This document shows positions 16,328 through 27,946 of a stretch of 32,000 nt of DNA, in pieces; position 1 is the first letter of the stretch, and every line of letters starts with the position of its first letter. The DNA comes from Geotalea daltonii FRC-32. GTDB taxonomy: Bacteria; Desulfobacterota; Desulfuromonadia; Geobacterales; Geobacteraceae. The position numbers and the translations under genes were made by a program. The stretch is taken from contig NC_011979.1 in NCBI RefSeq assembly GCF_000022265.1, forward strand, positions 300,001 through 332,000, written 5' to 3'. A model generated the notes under the pieces. That model was not told where the DNA came from. It was given only the letters and a program-made list of their open reading frames with translations, and made no database searches.

Positions 16328-19168
16328 ATGAATGCCAAAATATCTCCGGGAACTTTGACCCTTCCCGCCCCATCGCCGCTCAGATCCATTCTCGTCCTGC
16401 TGCTGGTTCTCTTTTTCGTAGAGATGCTGCTGATGTTTTCTTTCTCCCATCTGTTGCCGTCAAGAAGCATCATAATTACCAATATTACCGACGCGGCCCT
16501 GTTAACCCTCTTTTGCTCACCTTTTATCTATTGGCTTATCTTCCAGCCCTTTAAAAAAATGGCTCTCATGCAGGAAGCGCTGGCAGAAAATGTGTTGGGC
16601 CAGGTGGTTGACGGCGTGGTGCTTTTCGATGAAGAGAAGACTATCCGTTCATTCAATCCCGCTGCGGAAAAGATATTCGGTTACTTGGCGCAGGAAGTCC
16701 TTGGTTGCAACCTGCAACTGCTGTTCGAATCGGCATGTGGATCAGGTGGGAGCGAGGGCATAGGTGCCGCCATCTCTAAAGATACTTCCATTAACCGGGA
16801 ATATACAGGCAAGCGCCGGGACGGCTCCCACTGCCACCTGGATATTTCCATCAGCAAGGTACGGGTGGGAGATTCCTGGATGCACATGGGGATTGTCCGT
16901 GACCTCTCCGAGCAGAAAAGGGCTGAAGCGGAATACCAGGCAATTTTGCGTACGGCCATGGATGGGTTCTGGATCACCGATGAAAAAGGCGGATTTCTCG
17001 ACGTGAACGATACCTACTGCCAGATGACCGGCTACAGCCGGCAAGAGCTGCTGGCCATGCAGATAGGTGACGTGGAAGCCGTCCTGACGGCCGAAGAGAT
17101 AAAGGCACGCATGGAAAGTATCAGGAACCCGGGAAGGATTCGCTTTGAGACCAGGCATCGGCGCAAGGACGGCAGCTCATTCGATGTGGAGGTCAGCGCC
17201 AATTACTTGCCGGCCGGGGGAGGGCGTTTTTTCGCCTTTCTGCGAGACATCACCTGTCGCAATGAGATGCTGGGAACTCTGGCCAAATCCGAGGAGAAAT
17301 ACCGGACCCTTGCCGACAATGTTACTGTCGGCGTCACCCTGATCAGTCCAAAAATGGAGATTATTTCGGCAAACAGGCAGAGCCGCCAGTGGTATCCGGA
17401 GCTGGATGAGAAATATTCTCCAATTTGCTACAAAACGTTCAACAATCCGCCGCGCGACAGCATCTGCCCGGACTGTCCCACCGTAAAAACCCTGGCCGAT
17501 GGAGGAATCCACGAGGCAGTGGTGACAAATCCCTGGAAGGGTGTGGCGCGCCACTTTCGCATTGTCTCTTCACCCATTAAGGACAATGCCGGCAATATCA
17601 CCGGGGTGATCGAATCGGTGGAAGAGGTGACTGCCTTAAAGCGGAGCGAAGATGAATACAGCGAGGCACTTTCCAGGCTCACCGCCACCCTGGAGGCAAC
17701 AGCCGACGGCATCCTGGCTGTCGACCTGAATGGCCGGATCGTCAGCTATAATCAGAAATTAGTCCAGATGCTGAAAATACCAGGCCATATCCTGGAAACC
17801 GATGATTTCTACCTGCTGATTGCCAACATTTACTCTCAGTTGAAGGGCCACGACAAACTGGTCCGGGCAGAGTTCGAGGGTGATGCGGACAGGGATTTTC
17901 ACGACCTGCTTGAGTTCAAGGACGGGAGGGTCTTCGAAAGGTTCTGCCGTCCCCAGCGTATCGGCGATACCATTGTCGGCAGGGTATCCAGTTTTCGCGA
18001 TATTACCGGCGAAAGAAAAATGGAGGCGCAGCTCCGCCATGCCCAGAAAATGGAGGCAATCGGCACCCTGACCGGCAAGGTAGCCCATGATTTCAATAAC
18101 ATGCTGACGGCAATAATCGGCTACTGTCACCTTTCCCAGATGCAGATTCACAGCAACGATCCATTGATGCAAAACATCCGGCAGATAATAACGGCGGCGG
18201 AAAGGGCTGCGGGGCTGACCCAAAGCCTGCTGGAGTACAGTCGGAAAACACCGAGCAATCCCCAGGCCATGGAACTGAATCAGGTGGTGAGACAGGTGAA
18301 TGGATTCCTCTCTCGCCTCATCGGGGAAGATATCGAACTTGTCACCTCCCCTGCCGACGAGCCGCTGGTCATCATCGCCGATGCAGGACAGATCGAACAG
18401 GTATTGATGAATCTGGCCACCAATGCCAGGGATGCCATGTCGGGCAAAGGAAGGCTGATAATCGGCACGGCAACCACAAGAATCGGCGAGGATTTCCTCC
18501 AGAGTCACGGCTTTGGCAATCCGGGTACCTATGCCCTGGTGTCGGTGTCCGATACCGGTTCGGGCATGGATGAAGATACATGCGACAAGATATTCGAGCC
18601 ATTCTTTACCACCAAGCCTGTGGGGAACGGCACCGGCCTGGGTTTGTCCATCGTTTACGGCATCGTCAAGCAGCATAACGGTTATGTAACCGTTGAAAGC
18701 AAAAAAGGCTGCGGCACAACCTTCCGGGTTTATCTGCCCCTTACCGGCCAGGCTCCCCATGAAAAAGTGGAGAAACCGACTCTTCCGGCGAAAATGGGGG
18801 GGGAAACGGTTCTTGTCGCCGAGGATAACTCGGAAGTAAAGGCTTTGCTGGAGGATGTGCTGCAGGGTTATGGCTACAGTGTCGTCACGGCTCTGGATGG
18901 CCATGACTGCGTTGAATCCTTCAGAAAAAAACGGGACGACATCGACCTGATAATCATGGACGTGATGATGCCGAGGAAGAACGGCAAAGAGGCCTATGCC
19001 GAGATCGAAAAACTCAAGCCGGGCATGAAGGTGATTTTCATCAGCGGCTACACCGGGGATATTCTGCACAGTGCCGACCTTGCTGAAGAAAACCTCAACT
19101 TTCTTGCCAAACCATTGTCACCCAACCGGTTGTTGACCAAGGTGCGGGAGGTATTGGACAGGGACTAG
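16328..19168 (+). CDS. hybrid sensor histidine kinase (2 TM, multiple PAS domains, HisKA, HATPase_c, C-terminal receiver)
   Basis: The H-box is [13 protein letters not shown], the N-box is [12 protein letters not shown], and the G-boxes are DTGSGMD and GTGLGLS. The receiver has VLVAEDN and [10 protein letters not shown]. There are at least three PAS-like segments, one carrying a CPDCP pair. Confidence 0.9.
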   Translation: MNAKISPGTLTLPAPSPLRSILVLLLVLFFVEMLLMFSFSHLLPSRSIIITNITDAALLTLFCSPFIYWLIFQPFKKMALMQEALAENVLGQVVDGVVLFDEEKTIRSFNPAAEKIFGYLAQEVLGCNLQLLFESACGSGGSEGIGAAISKDTSINREYTGKRRDGSHCHLDISISKVRVGDSWMHMGIVRDLSEQKRAEAEYQAILRTAMDGFWITDEKGGFLDVNDTYCQMTGYSRQELLAMQIGDVEAVLTAEEIKARMESIRNPGRIRFETRHRRKDGSSFDVEVSANYLPAGGGRFFAFLRDITCRNEMLGTLAKSEEKYRTLADNVTVGVTLISPKMEIISANRQSRQWYPELDEKYSPICYKTFNNPPRDSICPDCPTVKTLADGGIHEAVVTNPWKGVARHFRIVSSPIKDNAGNITGVIESVEEVTALKRSEDEYSEALSRLTATLEATADGILAVDLNGRIVSYNQKLVQMLKIPGHILETDDFYLLIANIYSQLKGHDKLVRAEFEGDADRDFHDLLEFKDGRVFERFCRPQRIGDTIVGRVSSFRDITGERKMEAQLRHAQKMEAIGTLTGKVAHDFNNMLTAIIGYCHLSQMQIHSNDPLMQNIRQIITAAERAAGLTQSLLEYSRKTPSNPQAMELNQVVRQVNGFLSRLIGEDIELVTSPADEPLVIIADAGQIEQVLMNLATNARDAMSGKGRLIIGTATTRIGEDFLQSHGFGNPGTYALVSVSDTGSGMDEDTCDKIFEPFFTTKPVGNGTGLGLSIVYGIVKQHNGYVTVESKKGCGTTFRVYLPLTGQAPHEKVEKPTLPAKMGGETVLVAEDNSEVKALLEDVLQGYGYSVVTALDGHDCVESFRKKRDDIDLIIMDVMMPRKNGKEAYAEIEKLKPGMKVIFISGYTGDILHSADLAEENLNFLAKPLSPNRLLTKVREVLDRD

Positions 19169-19172
19169 CCGG

Positions 19173-20348
19173 TCACATTTTCCATTCAAACATCACATTG
19201 ATCTGATGCCCTCCGAACCCGCCATGGCGCGGCCCATCGACGCCGTAACCATACCCCATGACGAGGGTGATATCATCCGGAAACCGGAGGATGATATCCG
19301 CTCCAAGCCCATTAAGGCTGCTGCGCGGCAGGTCATGTCCGGGCAGATAGCCGATCAGGGCGTAATCATAGTTCAATTGCAGCTGGAGGCGCTCCATGGC
19401 GGGAATGGGAGCGAACCTGTAGGAAGTGTTGAGCAGGAAAAAGCTGCGGGCGAAGATCTCCCGGAAGTAATACCCATGCAGGATTAAAGGCACTTCGTCC
19501 TGAAAACGGAGACCACTCCCCATGCGGTAGCAGGAGAACTCATCGGTCCTGCCCGAAGTGCCGGCGCTCATCATCACCGATCCGCTCTGCTCCCGCCACA
19601 GCGGCATGGTGCCGCCAAGGCTTCCCCAGGTTTGCTGGGTCAGGTGCTCAGTCTCCTGCCGCTGCCCGGGCAGTCCGTGAAGGCCGGTTTTTACCCGATA
19701 ATCAACCTGATGCCAGAGTGAGACCTCCAGTGCCTTTTCAGGCAACAGTTCAGGCGGAACGCCACCCACTCGCACCCCCACCTTCACCGAATGAACGAAG
19801 CTGTCAGCCGGCAGCAGATAAGCCGGATCGGTGTCCCCACTGCGCTGGTAGATTGCATAGCGGGAGGCGAAACGCAAAATGCCGTCAACCGGCAATTCAC
19901 CACCGATGGGGGGAGGCCGCAGGTAATAGGAGAAGGCGGTATCGGCACCATGTCCCCGGAACGATTCACGCCGCACGTAGCTGCCGTCACGGACCTGGTC
20001 GAAGTCGTTGATGAGAAAACCGCCGCCGATGCTGAAGCCAAGGGCATGCCCCTCTGCCGGCCACTTGTCGCGTATCACCTCGGCGAACAGATACGGGGAA
20101 AGGATGGCCAGGAGGTATGTGTCCTGGTCGCGAAAATGGGGCCGGTTGAAAAGCACCATGCCGTAACCGCCCAATGGGCCGTTGTTGTACAGCGGCCCGG
20201 CAAAACCCACTTCCATGTTGGTCCGGCGTTCCGGGTCAATCTCGCCGATTGCTTCCGTTGGCAAAATGAAGAAACAGAGGAGCAGAATAATAAAATGGCA
20301 TTTATATACGCTTTTTCTCGTCGTAGGGGGCAGGTGGTCGGCCGACAT
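19173..20348 (-). CDS. putative outer-membrane beta-barrel protein (function unknown)
   Basis: It has an N-terminal signal-like segment (HFIILLLCFFILPTEAIGE). Gly/Tyr/aromatic residues alternate throughout, and the C-terminus is GYGYGVDG...HQINVMFEWKM. No family was recognised with confidence. Confidence 0.4.
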   Translation of the reverse strand: MSADHLPPTTRKSVYKCHFIILLLCFFILPTEAIGEIDPERRTNMEVGFAGPLYNNGPLGGYGMVLFNRPHFRDQDTYLLAILSPYLFAEVIRDKWPAEGHALGFSIGGGFLINDFDQVRDGSYVRRESFRGHGADTAFSYYLRPPPIGGELPVDGILRFASRYAIYQRSGDTDPAYLLPADSFVHSVKVGVRVGGVPPELLPEKALEVSLWHQVDYRVKTGLHGLPGQRQETEHLTQQTWGSLGGTMPLWREQSGSVMMSAGTSGRTDEFSCYRMGSGLRFQDEVPLILHGYYFREIFARSFFLLNTSYRFAPIPAMERLQLQLNYDYALIGYLPGHDLPRSSLNGLGADIILRFPDDITLVMGYGYGVDGPRHGGFGGHQINVMFEWKM

Positions 20349-20550
20349 GGAAAAGCTTCCTCCCTGGGAGCTGTATCCAGAAATATGAATCAGATCTAAT
20401 TATTACCGCTGTCGACCATAAAGCAACTTTGCCATCCATGGCTGACCGCAAAAACATGGACTCATGGAAGAGGGATATGCTATATATCCAGTGTTCGCCG
20501 GTGCATCCCATTGATTCGCCGACTATATTTCCAGAGGCAGGAAAACAGCC

Positions 20551-22755
20551 ATGCATTACGAAGCAACTAAGCTCAACCACGGCTATGCCGGCCGCATTCT
20601 TACCATCGATCTCCCGTCCCGTGCCATTGAGGCGCCGATGCTTGATGAGCACGTCAGGGATTACTTTCTTGGCGGCCGGGGCCTCGGTTTGTACCTGTTA
20701 CACCAGAGTGTGACTTCAACCACCAGGGCCACTGATCCGGAAAACCCGTTGATTCTCGCCAACGGTCCTCTTGGGGGTATTCCCCAGTTTCCGGGCACGG
20801 CCAAGGCCATGGCGGTCTCCCTTTCCCCAATCACCGGCGTGCCCGGCGTTTCCAACTTTGGCGGCTATTTTGGCGCCTTCCTCAAATATGCGGGCTTCGA
20901 TGCCCTCAAGGTTACCGGCAAGGCGGGGCGCGACGTGATGATCATCATCGATGGCCTGAAACATCAGGTGGCTGTTGAAGAAATCGCCCATCTGGATGAG
21001 GCCTTCGATCTGGAGCGGATGATCGATGAACGCTATACCGGCCTGGGGATTGACCGCCGCCACATTGCCTTCATGTCTACCGGTATCGGCGCCGACCATA
21101 CCACCTTCGGCTGCATCAACAGCCATTATTTCGATATGACCAAGCCGACGCCGAACGGGCGAGGCATATACCGCACCAAACAGGCGGGGCGTACCGGCAT
21201 CGGCTCGGTGATGAGCGGCAAGGGCATCAGGGCCATAGTCGTGCTGGCTGCTTACCCCCAGGGTGAAAACCCCTATGGGGCGGCAGACTGGGAGCGGGCA
21301 AAGGATGCGGGTAAACGGCTGCACCAGGTGGTCAAGGAGGTGGATCCCACTTCCCTGCGCATGTCGCGCAAGGGGAGCGCCGGACTGATCACCTTCATGA
21401 GCAAGGATGAGTATCAATCGCTCCCGGTCAACAATTTTCAGGCAGGTTCCGACCCGCGAGCGCCGCAGATCTGCGGCTCCCATTACGAGGAGCATCTTTT
21501 CGAGCATCGTGGCATGGATGGCTGTTTTCCCGGATGCAACCTGCAGTGCAACAAGGGGGGATGGGTGACGTTGGTTTCCGGAGCCCACAAGGGGAGTCGG
21601 GTCTGGGTTGACGGCCCGGAGTATGAGACGGCCGCCGGCTTCGGCTCCAACCTGGGCATCTGGAATCCCGAGTTCATCCTGGAAGCCAACTGGCACTGCG
21701 ATAATTACGGCATCGACACCATCAGCACCGCCACCATCCTGGCCTTTGTCATGGAGTGCTTCCAGCGCGGGTTCCTGACCAGCGCCGCAGCCGATGGCCT
21801 TGAGCTTGCCTGGGGCAATGAGGGGGCAGCGCTGGAGTTTATCCACCGCCTGGCCCGCGGGCAGGGTGAGCTGTACAAGCAGGCAGGAGGGGGGATGCTT
21901 CCCCTGGTGGATTGGGTCGCCGCCGGTTGCAAGGCGAAAACCGGCAGGGATGTCAGGGGTGAACTGGACCTCTTCGCCATGCAGACCAAGGGCCTCCCCT
22001 TTTCCTTTTACCGCACCCATCGTTCCCTCTCCATGCAGGGATCCTACGCTGCCGCCAGCGACATCGGCGCCCACCACGCCGCTGCCTGGCTGATCAAGGC
22101 CGACCTGCTCGGCGCTTTTCCCACTTTCGAAGAAAAGGCCTGGGCTTTGATTTCCTATCCGCGGGTCAGGCTGGGGAACGACAACCTGGGACTGTGCAAG
22201 CTCCCATGGGTGGATGTCTTCAATCCCGAGTCGGCCAGGCGCACCGATACCGACATCCATATCAATCCTGCATCCCAGGAAATCTATGCCGACTTCTTCA
22301 ACAGCATGCTGGGCACCGACATGAGCTGGGAGGAAATTTTCGCCCAAACCGACCGGGACATCAACCTGCAGCGGGTGATGAACGTGGTGCGCTTCGGCGA
22401 CAAGACCAGAGCGTACGACTGGATTCCCGACCGGGCCATCGGGCCTACCGATGATGCCCTTTATGAAGGGGAAGGGGATTACAATGACGGCGAAGTGGCC
22501 GGTATACTCGGCGTATCCAGTGAGGAAGTGGCCGCCATGGCCACGTCCCGCAAGCGTATAGTCCTCATGGATTACCGCAAGCAGGAGCTGCAGCGGCTGA
22601 TTGATGTTTATTACGCGGAGCGTGGCTGGAACCGTGCCGGCATCCCCTTCATCGACACTCTGCAGGAACTGGGGCTCTGGAGCTACCTGACGGCCGAGAC
22701 CCAGGCAAAAATAGCCGGACTGCAGGAGATTGTCGAGATTGTCGCGCCGGCTTGA
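20551..22755 (+). CDS. aor: aldehyde:ferredoxin oxidoreductase family (tungsto/molybdopterin) enzyme, long form (734 aa)
   Basis: The AOR N-terminal domain is GYAGRILTIDL...YFLGGRGLGLYLL. The Cys cluster is GCFPGCNLQCNKGG. A GPEYET motif and a C-terminal AOR domain are present. Confidence 0.9.
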   Translation: MHYEATKLNHGYAGRILTIDLPSRAIEAPMLDEHVRDYFLGGRGLGLYLLHQSVTSTTRATDPENPLILANGPLGGIPQFPGTAKAMAVSLSPITGVPGVSNFGGYFGAFLKYAGFDALKVTGKAGRDVMIIIDGLKHQVAVEEIAHLDEAFDLERMIDERYTGLGIDRRHIAFMSTGIGADHTTFGCINSHYFDMTKPTPNGRGIYRTKQAGRTGIGSVMSGKGIRAIVVLAAYPQGENPYGAADWERAKDAGKRLHQVVKEVDPTSLRMSRKGSAGLITFMSKDEYQSLPVNNFQAGSDPRAPQICGSHYEEHLFEHRGMDGCFPGCNLQCNKGGWVTLVSGAHKGSRVWVDGPEYETAAGFGSNLGIWNPEFILEANWHCDNYGIDTISTATILAFVMECFQRGFLTSAAADGLELAWGNEGAALEFIHRLARGQGELYKQAGGGMLPLVDWVAAGCKAKTGRDVRGELDLFAMQTKGLPFSFYRTHRSLSMQGSYAAASDIGAHHAAAWLIKADLLGAFPTFEEKAWALISYPRVRLGNDNLGLCKLPWVDVFNPESARRTDTDIHINPASQEIYADFFNSMLGTDMSWEEIFAQTDRDINLQRVMNVVRFGDKTRAYDWIPDRAIGPTDDALYEGEGDYNDGEVAGILGVSSEEVAAMATSRKRIVLMDYRKQELQRLIDVYYAERGWNRAGIPFIDTLQELGLWSYLTAETQAKIAGLQEIVEIVAPA

Positions 22756-22821
22756 CTATGGTCCTTGAAATGGTAAGCTATGCCCGGTTTGCTGTTATCA
22801 ATTTTTTGAGAGGGAGGATTT

Positions 22822-23286
22822 ATGAAGAAAATAGTTGCCGTTACAGCCGGTTTGGCCCTTCTGGCCTTTGCCGGGGTTGCCTCTGCTGCGGAGATTAATG
22901 CCGATTTTTCTCCAACTGATGCAATTATGAAAAAAGAACAGGCGCTGAAAGAGCAAGCTGCCAAAAAAGAAGCGGACCTGAAGGCAAAACAGACAGAGGC
23001 AGCGGAAAAGGCCAAGAAACAAGAAGCGGACCTGAAAGCCAAAAAGACCGAGCTGACCGATAAGGCGAAGAAGAAAGAAACAGAGCTGAAGGACGCCAAG
23101 AAGAAGCAGGATGAAAAATCTGCCGAGTCGAAGAAAAAGCGGCAGGAGCAGATCGATGCTGCCAAAAAGAAGAAGCAGGAGCGGATCGACGCACTGAAAA
23201 AGAAAAAAGAGCAGACGGTGAAGGATGTCAAGGATGCGAAGGAGCAGACCAGAAAGGATATCAATGAGCTGAAGGAAGTAAAATAG
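22822..23286 (+). CDS. secreted Lys-rich coiled-coil repeat protein
   Basis: The signal peptide is MKKIVAVTAGLALLAFAGVASA. It is followed by repeated K-E-A-D-L-K-A-K-type units (KKEADLKAKQTE / KKQEADLKAKKTE / KKKETELKDAKKK). A GAGGGAGG SD is present. Confidence 0.7.
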   Translation: MKKIVAVTAGLALLAFAGVASAAEINADFSPTDAIMKKEQALKEQAAKKEADLKAKQTEAAEKAKKQEADLKAKKTELTDKAKKKETELKDAKKKQDEKSAESKKKRQEQIDAAKKKKQERIDALKKKKEQTVKDVKDAKEQTRKDINELKEVK

Positions 23287-23308
23287 GCAAAGCTCACTGG
23301 ATAGGATG

Positions 23309-23348
23309 AAAAAAAGAGCCCGTCGGCATTGTCGGCGGGCTCTTTTTT
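23309..23348. terminator. bidirectional rho-independent terminator
   Basis: The sequence is AAAAAAA-GAGCCCGTCGG-cattg-TCGGCGGGCTC-TTTTTT. The stem is about 12 bp including 2 G.U pairs. An A-run and a T-run flank it, and it sits between convergent genes. Confidence 0.85.
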
Positions 23349-23367
23349 GCGGGATAGCAAAGACGCT

Positions 23368-25329
23368 TCAGAAAGAAATGCCGAATTCTCTCATTTTCCG
23401 ATAAAGAGTATTGCGGCCGATACCAAGCTTGGCCGCGGCTTTCTGGATATTGCCCTGGTAGAAGGCCAGTGCATCGACAATCATATCGCATTCCACTTCG
23501 CGTAACGACCTGATTTCCTTCACCACCGGTGCGGCAATTACCGGCTTCACGGCCTGGGCTGCCTGCATCTCAAGCAGCTCTGCTGTCAGAACGCCGCCAA
23601 TTCCCGCTCTAATGACAGCCCGCTCAATGGCATTTTCCAGCTCCCTGATGTTGCCGGGCCAGCCATGGGACACCACCTTTTCCATGAAGCTGTTGCCGAC
23701 CGCCGGCACGTCCCGGCCAAGTTTTGCCGCCATTTTCTCTATCAGGTGTGCGGTAATCACGGGCAGGTCTTCTCTCCGCTCACGCAAAGGCGGAATATTG
23801 ATTTCCAGTACGTTGAGCCGGTAGTAGAGGTCCTGCCGGAATCTGCCGCCACGGACCTCCTCCGCCAAATCCTTGTGGGTGGCGGCGATTACCCTAATGT
23901 CCACCGGCCGCTCGTTGGCGGAACCGATGCGGGAGACCTTCTTTTCCTGAATTACCCGTAAAAGCTTGGCCTGCACATTGGCGGACATGTCACCGATCTC
24001 ATCGAGGAACAGCGTGCCGCCATCGGCGACCTCGAATTTACCGGCCTGGCCTCCCTTGCGGGCACCGGTGAAGGTGCCTTCCTCGTAGCCGAACAGCTCG
24101 CTCTCGATGAGACTTTCCGGCAGGGCGGCGCAATTAAGTGCGATGAACTGACGGTCACCCCTTGGGCTGGCATGGTGTATGGCCTGGGCAAATAATTCCT
24201 TGCCCGTACCGCTTTCTCCCCTGATGAGGACGGTGGAGAGGCTGGCGGCGGCAAGTTTTGCCCACTCCTTGACAGCAGTAATGGCCGGGCTGGCGCCGAT
24301 GATGTTGTCGAAGGTGTAGCAGTGGGACTGGAGGATGGTGGGGCGCCTGACCGGCTGCCTGTTGTTCATTTCGCGAAAGACGGCAACGGCGCCGATGGTG
24401 CCACCGGTATCATCCCGCAGCAGCGTCGCCGAGCTGTAAATCTTCCGTCCCAGCTTCTCGATGATGATCTCGCGGTCCTCGTATTCGGTTCCCTCGGAGA
24501 GCACCTGCAGAAGGGTGTTCCGGGCATTATAGATCTGCTCCACGTGGCGGCCTTTGGCCAGTGTCGGATTGCAGCCGAGAATCTCGCCAGCCTTGGCGTT
24601 CATTTCCGTGATGATGCCGTTGTTGTTGATGGAGATAAGGCCGTCGGACATGTTTTCCAGCAGGGTATTGGAATAGCGGTAGGCCATGTAGAGCTTGTCG
24701 GTGGCCTTCTGCAGGCGGAGCTGGTTTTCGATGGCGTTGACCGCGGCCACAACCATGCCCAGGGTATGGGCATTGGCGACGCGATAATCGCCGCTGATGT
24801 CGAGGATGCCGATCGCCTCTCCTTCGGGATTGAAGATGGGGGCGGCGGAGCAGGTTAGGAAATGGTTGGATTTGCAGTAATGTTCCCAGGCATAGATCTG
24901 CACCGGCTTCTTCTCGACGATGGCGGTGCCGATGGCGTTGGTCCCCTGCTGGGACTCACTCCAGTTGCCCCCCGGGCAGAGCAGGACCTGGCGGGTGCGG
25001 TTGACTATTTCATTGTCCCCCAGTACCTCCAGCAGGTATCCGAGCTCGTCGGTGAGCACGACCTGGAAACCGGACCCCTTGACGAAATTGTAGAGGTTGT
25101 CCATGAACGGGCGGGCGACCTTGAGGAGATGCTGTTTGTGGTAGATCCGCTCCCTCAGTTCCAGTTGATTGACGTGGCCATCAGCTTCCTGGAAAGGATT
25201 GACGTTGAGATGGCGGCAACGCTGCCATGAACTGGCCACCTCCGGGCGCAACAGTTGAACGTCGAGCTCGTGAGTCTCAACGTAGCGATGCCAGGTTTTC
25301 TGCATTGTCAACAGTTTTTTTGGTGCCAT
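23368..25329 (-). CDS. sigma-54-dependent transcriptional activator, AcoR-like (GAF-PAS-AAA+-Fis HTH)
   Basis: Walker A is GESGTGKE. The sigma-54 contact loop GTFTGA is a GAFTGA variant. It also has FLDEIGDM and the C-terminal [24 protein letters not shown]. The N-terminal region is GAF-like, followed by a PAS segment ([17 protein letters not shown]). Confidence 0.92.
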   Translation of the reverse strand: MAPKKLLTMQKTWHRYVETHELDVQLLRPEVASSWQRCRHLNVNPFQEADGHVNQLELRERIYHKQHLLKVARPFMDNLYNFVKGSGFQVVLTDELGYLLEVLGDNEIVNRTRQVLLCPGGNWSESQQGTNAIGTAIVEKKPVQIYAWEHYCKSNHFLTCSAAPIFNPEGEAIGILDISGDYRVANAHTLGMVVAAVNAIENQLRLQKATDKLYMAYRYSNTLLENMSDGLISINNNGIITEMNAKAGEILGCNPTLAKGRHVEQIYNARNTLLQVLSEGTEYEDREIIIEKLGRKIYSSATLLRDDTGGTIGAVAVFREMNNRQPVRRPTILQSHCYTFDNIIGASPAITAVKEWAKLAAASLSTVLIRGESGTGKELFAQAIHHASPRGDRQFIALNCAALPESLIESELFGYEEGTFTGARKGGQAGKFEVADGGTLFLDEIGDMSANVQAKLLRVIQEKKVSRIGSANERPVDIRVIAATHKDLAEEVRGGRFRQDLYYRLNVLEINIPPLRERREDLPVITAHLIEKMAAKLGRDVPAVGNSFMEKVVSHGWPGNIRELENAIERAVIRAGIGGVLTAELLEMQAAQAVKPVIAAPVVKEIRSLREVECDMIVDALAFYQGNIQKAAAKLGIGRNTLYRKMREFGISF

Positions 25330-25566
25330 CTGCTCCGGTTTCCTAATTATGCAGAAAGTCGCATGTTTTAATTAAATTATCGGCTTTTGCCGGTGAATTT
25401 GTCAACCGGATTCTTTTCTGGTTTTCTTCAGACTTTTGACGCTATTACAGTTAGTTATGCGTTACGACATTCCTTGTGCCTGCCCGGCCAGCTTTTTCCC
25501 TCACATTTGCTAAACTATAATTGTTTTCAGGCAATCTGTCCCAAGCGGGGGGGAACTTTAACCGTG

Positions 25567-26713
<1,147 letters not shown>

Positions 26714-26730
<17 letters not shown>

Positions 26731-27946
26731 TGCGGGGGAGGACTGGGATGCCCAGCGGGAGAAGATCATCGGCCTGGGGGAACGTTCCCTGCGCAAGACC
26801 TATTACCCGGAGCTTCAGCAGAAGCTTGACGAGCTGGAAAGATTCCGCTCGCTCCTGGATGAGAGCAATGACTGCATCTTTCTTTTCCAGGTACCGTCCT
26901 TCGCTTTTGTCGATGTCAACGAATCCGCCTGTCGGCAACTGGACTGTCCCCGGGAAAAATTCCTCTCCCTCAGCCTCGAAAATCTCGTTCCCGTAGAAGA
27001 CCTGCTGCGTATCAGGCAGCTGGCCACGGCTGCTATCACTGACGGTAGAGACAAAGGCACCATCATGACCCAGCTGAACAAGTGTTCCGGTGGCGAGTTT
27101 CCGGCAGAGATCACTATCAGAATCGTCAACCTGAATAAGGCCTGCTACGGCGTGGCGGTGGCTCGCGACATAACAGAGCGGCTGCAGGCCCAGAAGGTGC
27201 TGCTGGAGAATTCCCGCATGCTGCGCGACATGGAACTGGCCCGGCAGATCCAACTATCCCTGCTGCCCGGCGCTCCTCCCCGGGTGCCAGGAGTGCGGCT
27301 CGCAGGATGCTGTGTTCCGGCGACCCACGTGGGGGGAGACTATTACGATTACTACATACGGGAAAAAGGCACCCTCGATCTGGTCGTTGCCGATGTGTCA
27401 GGACACAGCATCGGTGCCGCGCTGATGACGGCAGAAGCCAGGTCCGTCCTTCGCGCCCAGTTTCATTCATCCCCTAGCGCCGGCAAGCTTCTGGCCTATC
27501 TTAACGACGTCCTCTATGACGACCTGAACCGGGCGGGGCTTTTCATCACACTCTTTTATGTGAAGTACGATCCGGAAAGCCGCATGCTTGCCTATGCAAA
27601 TGCCGGTCATGTCTCACCGTTGCTGTTGCGTCCCCCGGAGGTTTCCTGCCGCAAGCTGGATGCGGAAGGGCTGATCATCGGTGTCAGGGAGGATGAGACT
27701 TACGAAGAAAAAGAGCTGCAGATGCAGCCGGGAGATCTGCTTGTGCTTTATACGGACGGTATCACCGAAGCACAGAACAGTGCAGGTGAAATGTTCGGGT
27801 TCAGCCGGCTGTGCAGTATCGTTTCTGCCATCAGCTCCAACCCCCCGGAGGATGTGGTATCCATCGTACTGGAGCAATTAGCCGGTTTTACCGGCACTAC
27901 GGCCCTGGAGGACGATGTGACCATGATCGTCATGAAAGTGATCTGA
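26714..27946 (+). CDS. PAS-domain PP2C/SpoIIE-type serine phosphatase (RsbU/RsbP-like)
   Basis: It has an N-terminal PAS segment. The PP2C motifs are GGDYYDY, VADVSGHSIGAALM, LYTDGITEAQN and DDVTMIVMKV. Its ATG lies 17 nt inside the end of the adh gene. Confidence 0.85.

Noticed and set aside
20465-20480. Sigma-54-like TGGAAGAGGGATATGC upstream of aor
   Set aside because: The GG-GC spacing is one nt too long and the -12 box is ATGC. I also scanned every GG in 25330-25566 (upstream of adh1) and found no correctly spaced GC.
20349-20550. Possible Moco/W-cofactor riboswitch in the 200-nt aor upstream region
   Set aside because: I could not see the conserved CCGAGCC...GCCUCCC-type core that I remember for the Moco RNA motif. 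Only a cmsearch with Rfam RF01055 could settle it.
22683-23360. 225-aa minus-strand Ser/Phe/Ala-rich ORF
   Set aside because: It is the reverse complement of the Lys/Glu-repeat gene, where AAG/GAA repeats give CTT/TTC. It runs through the bidirectional terminator and has no SD.
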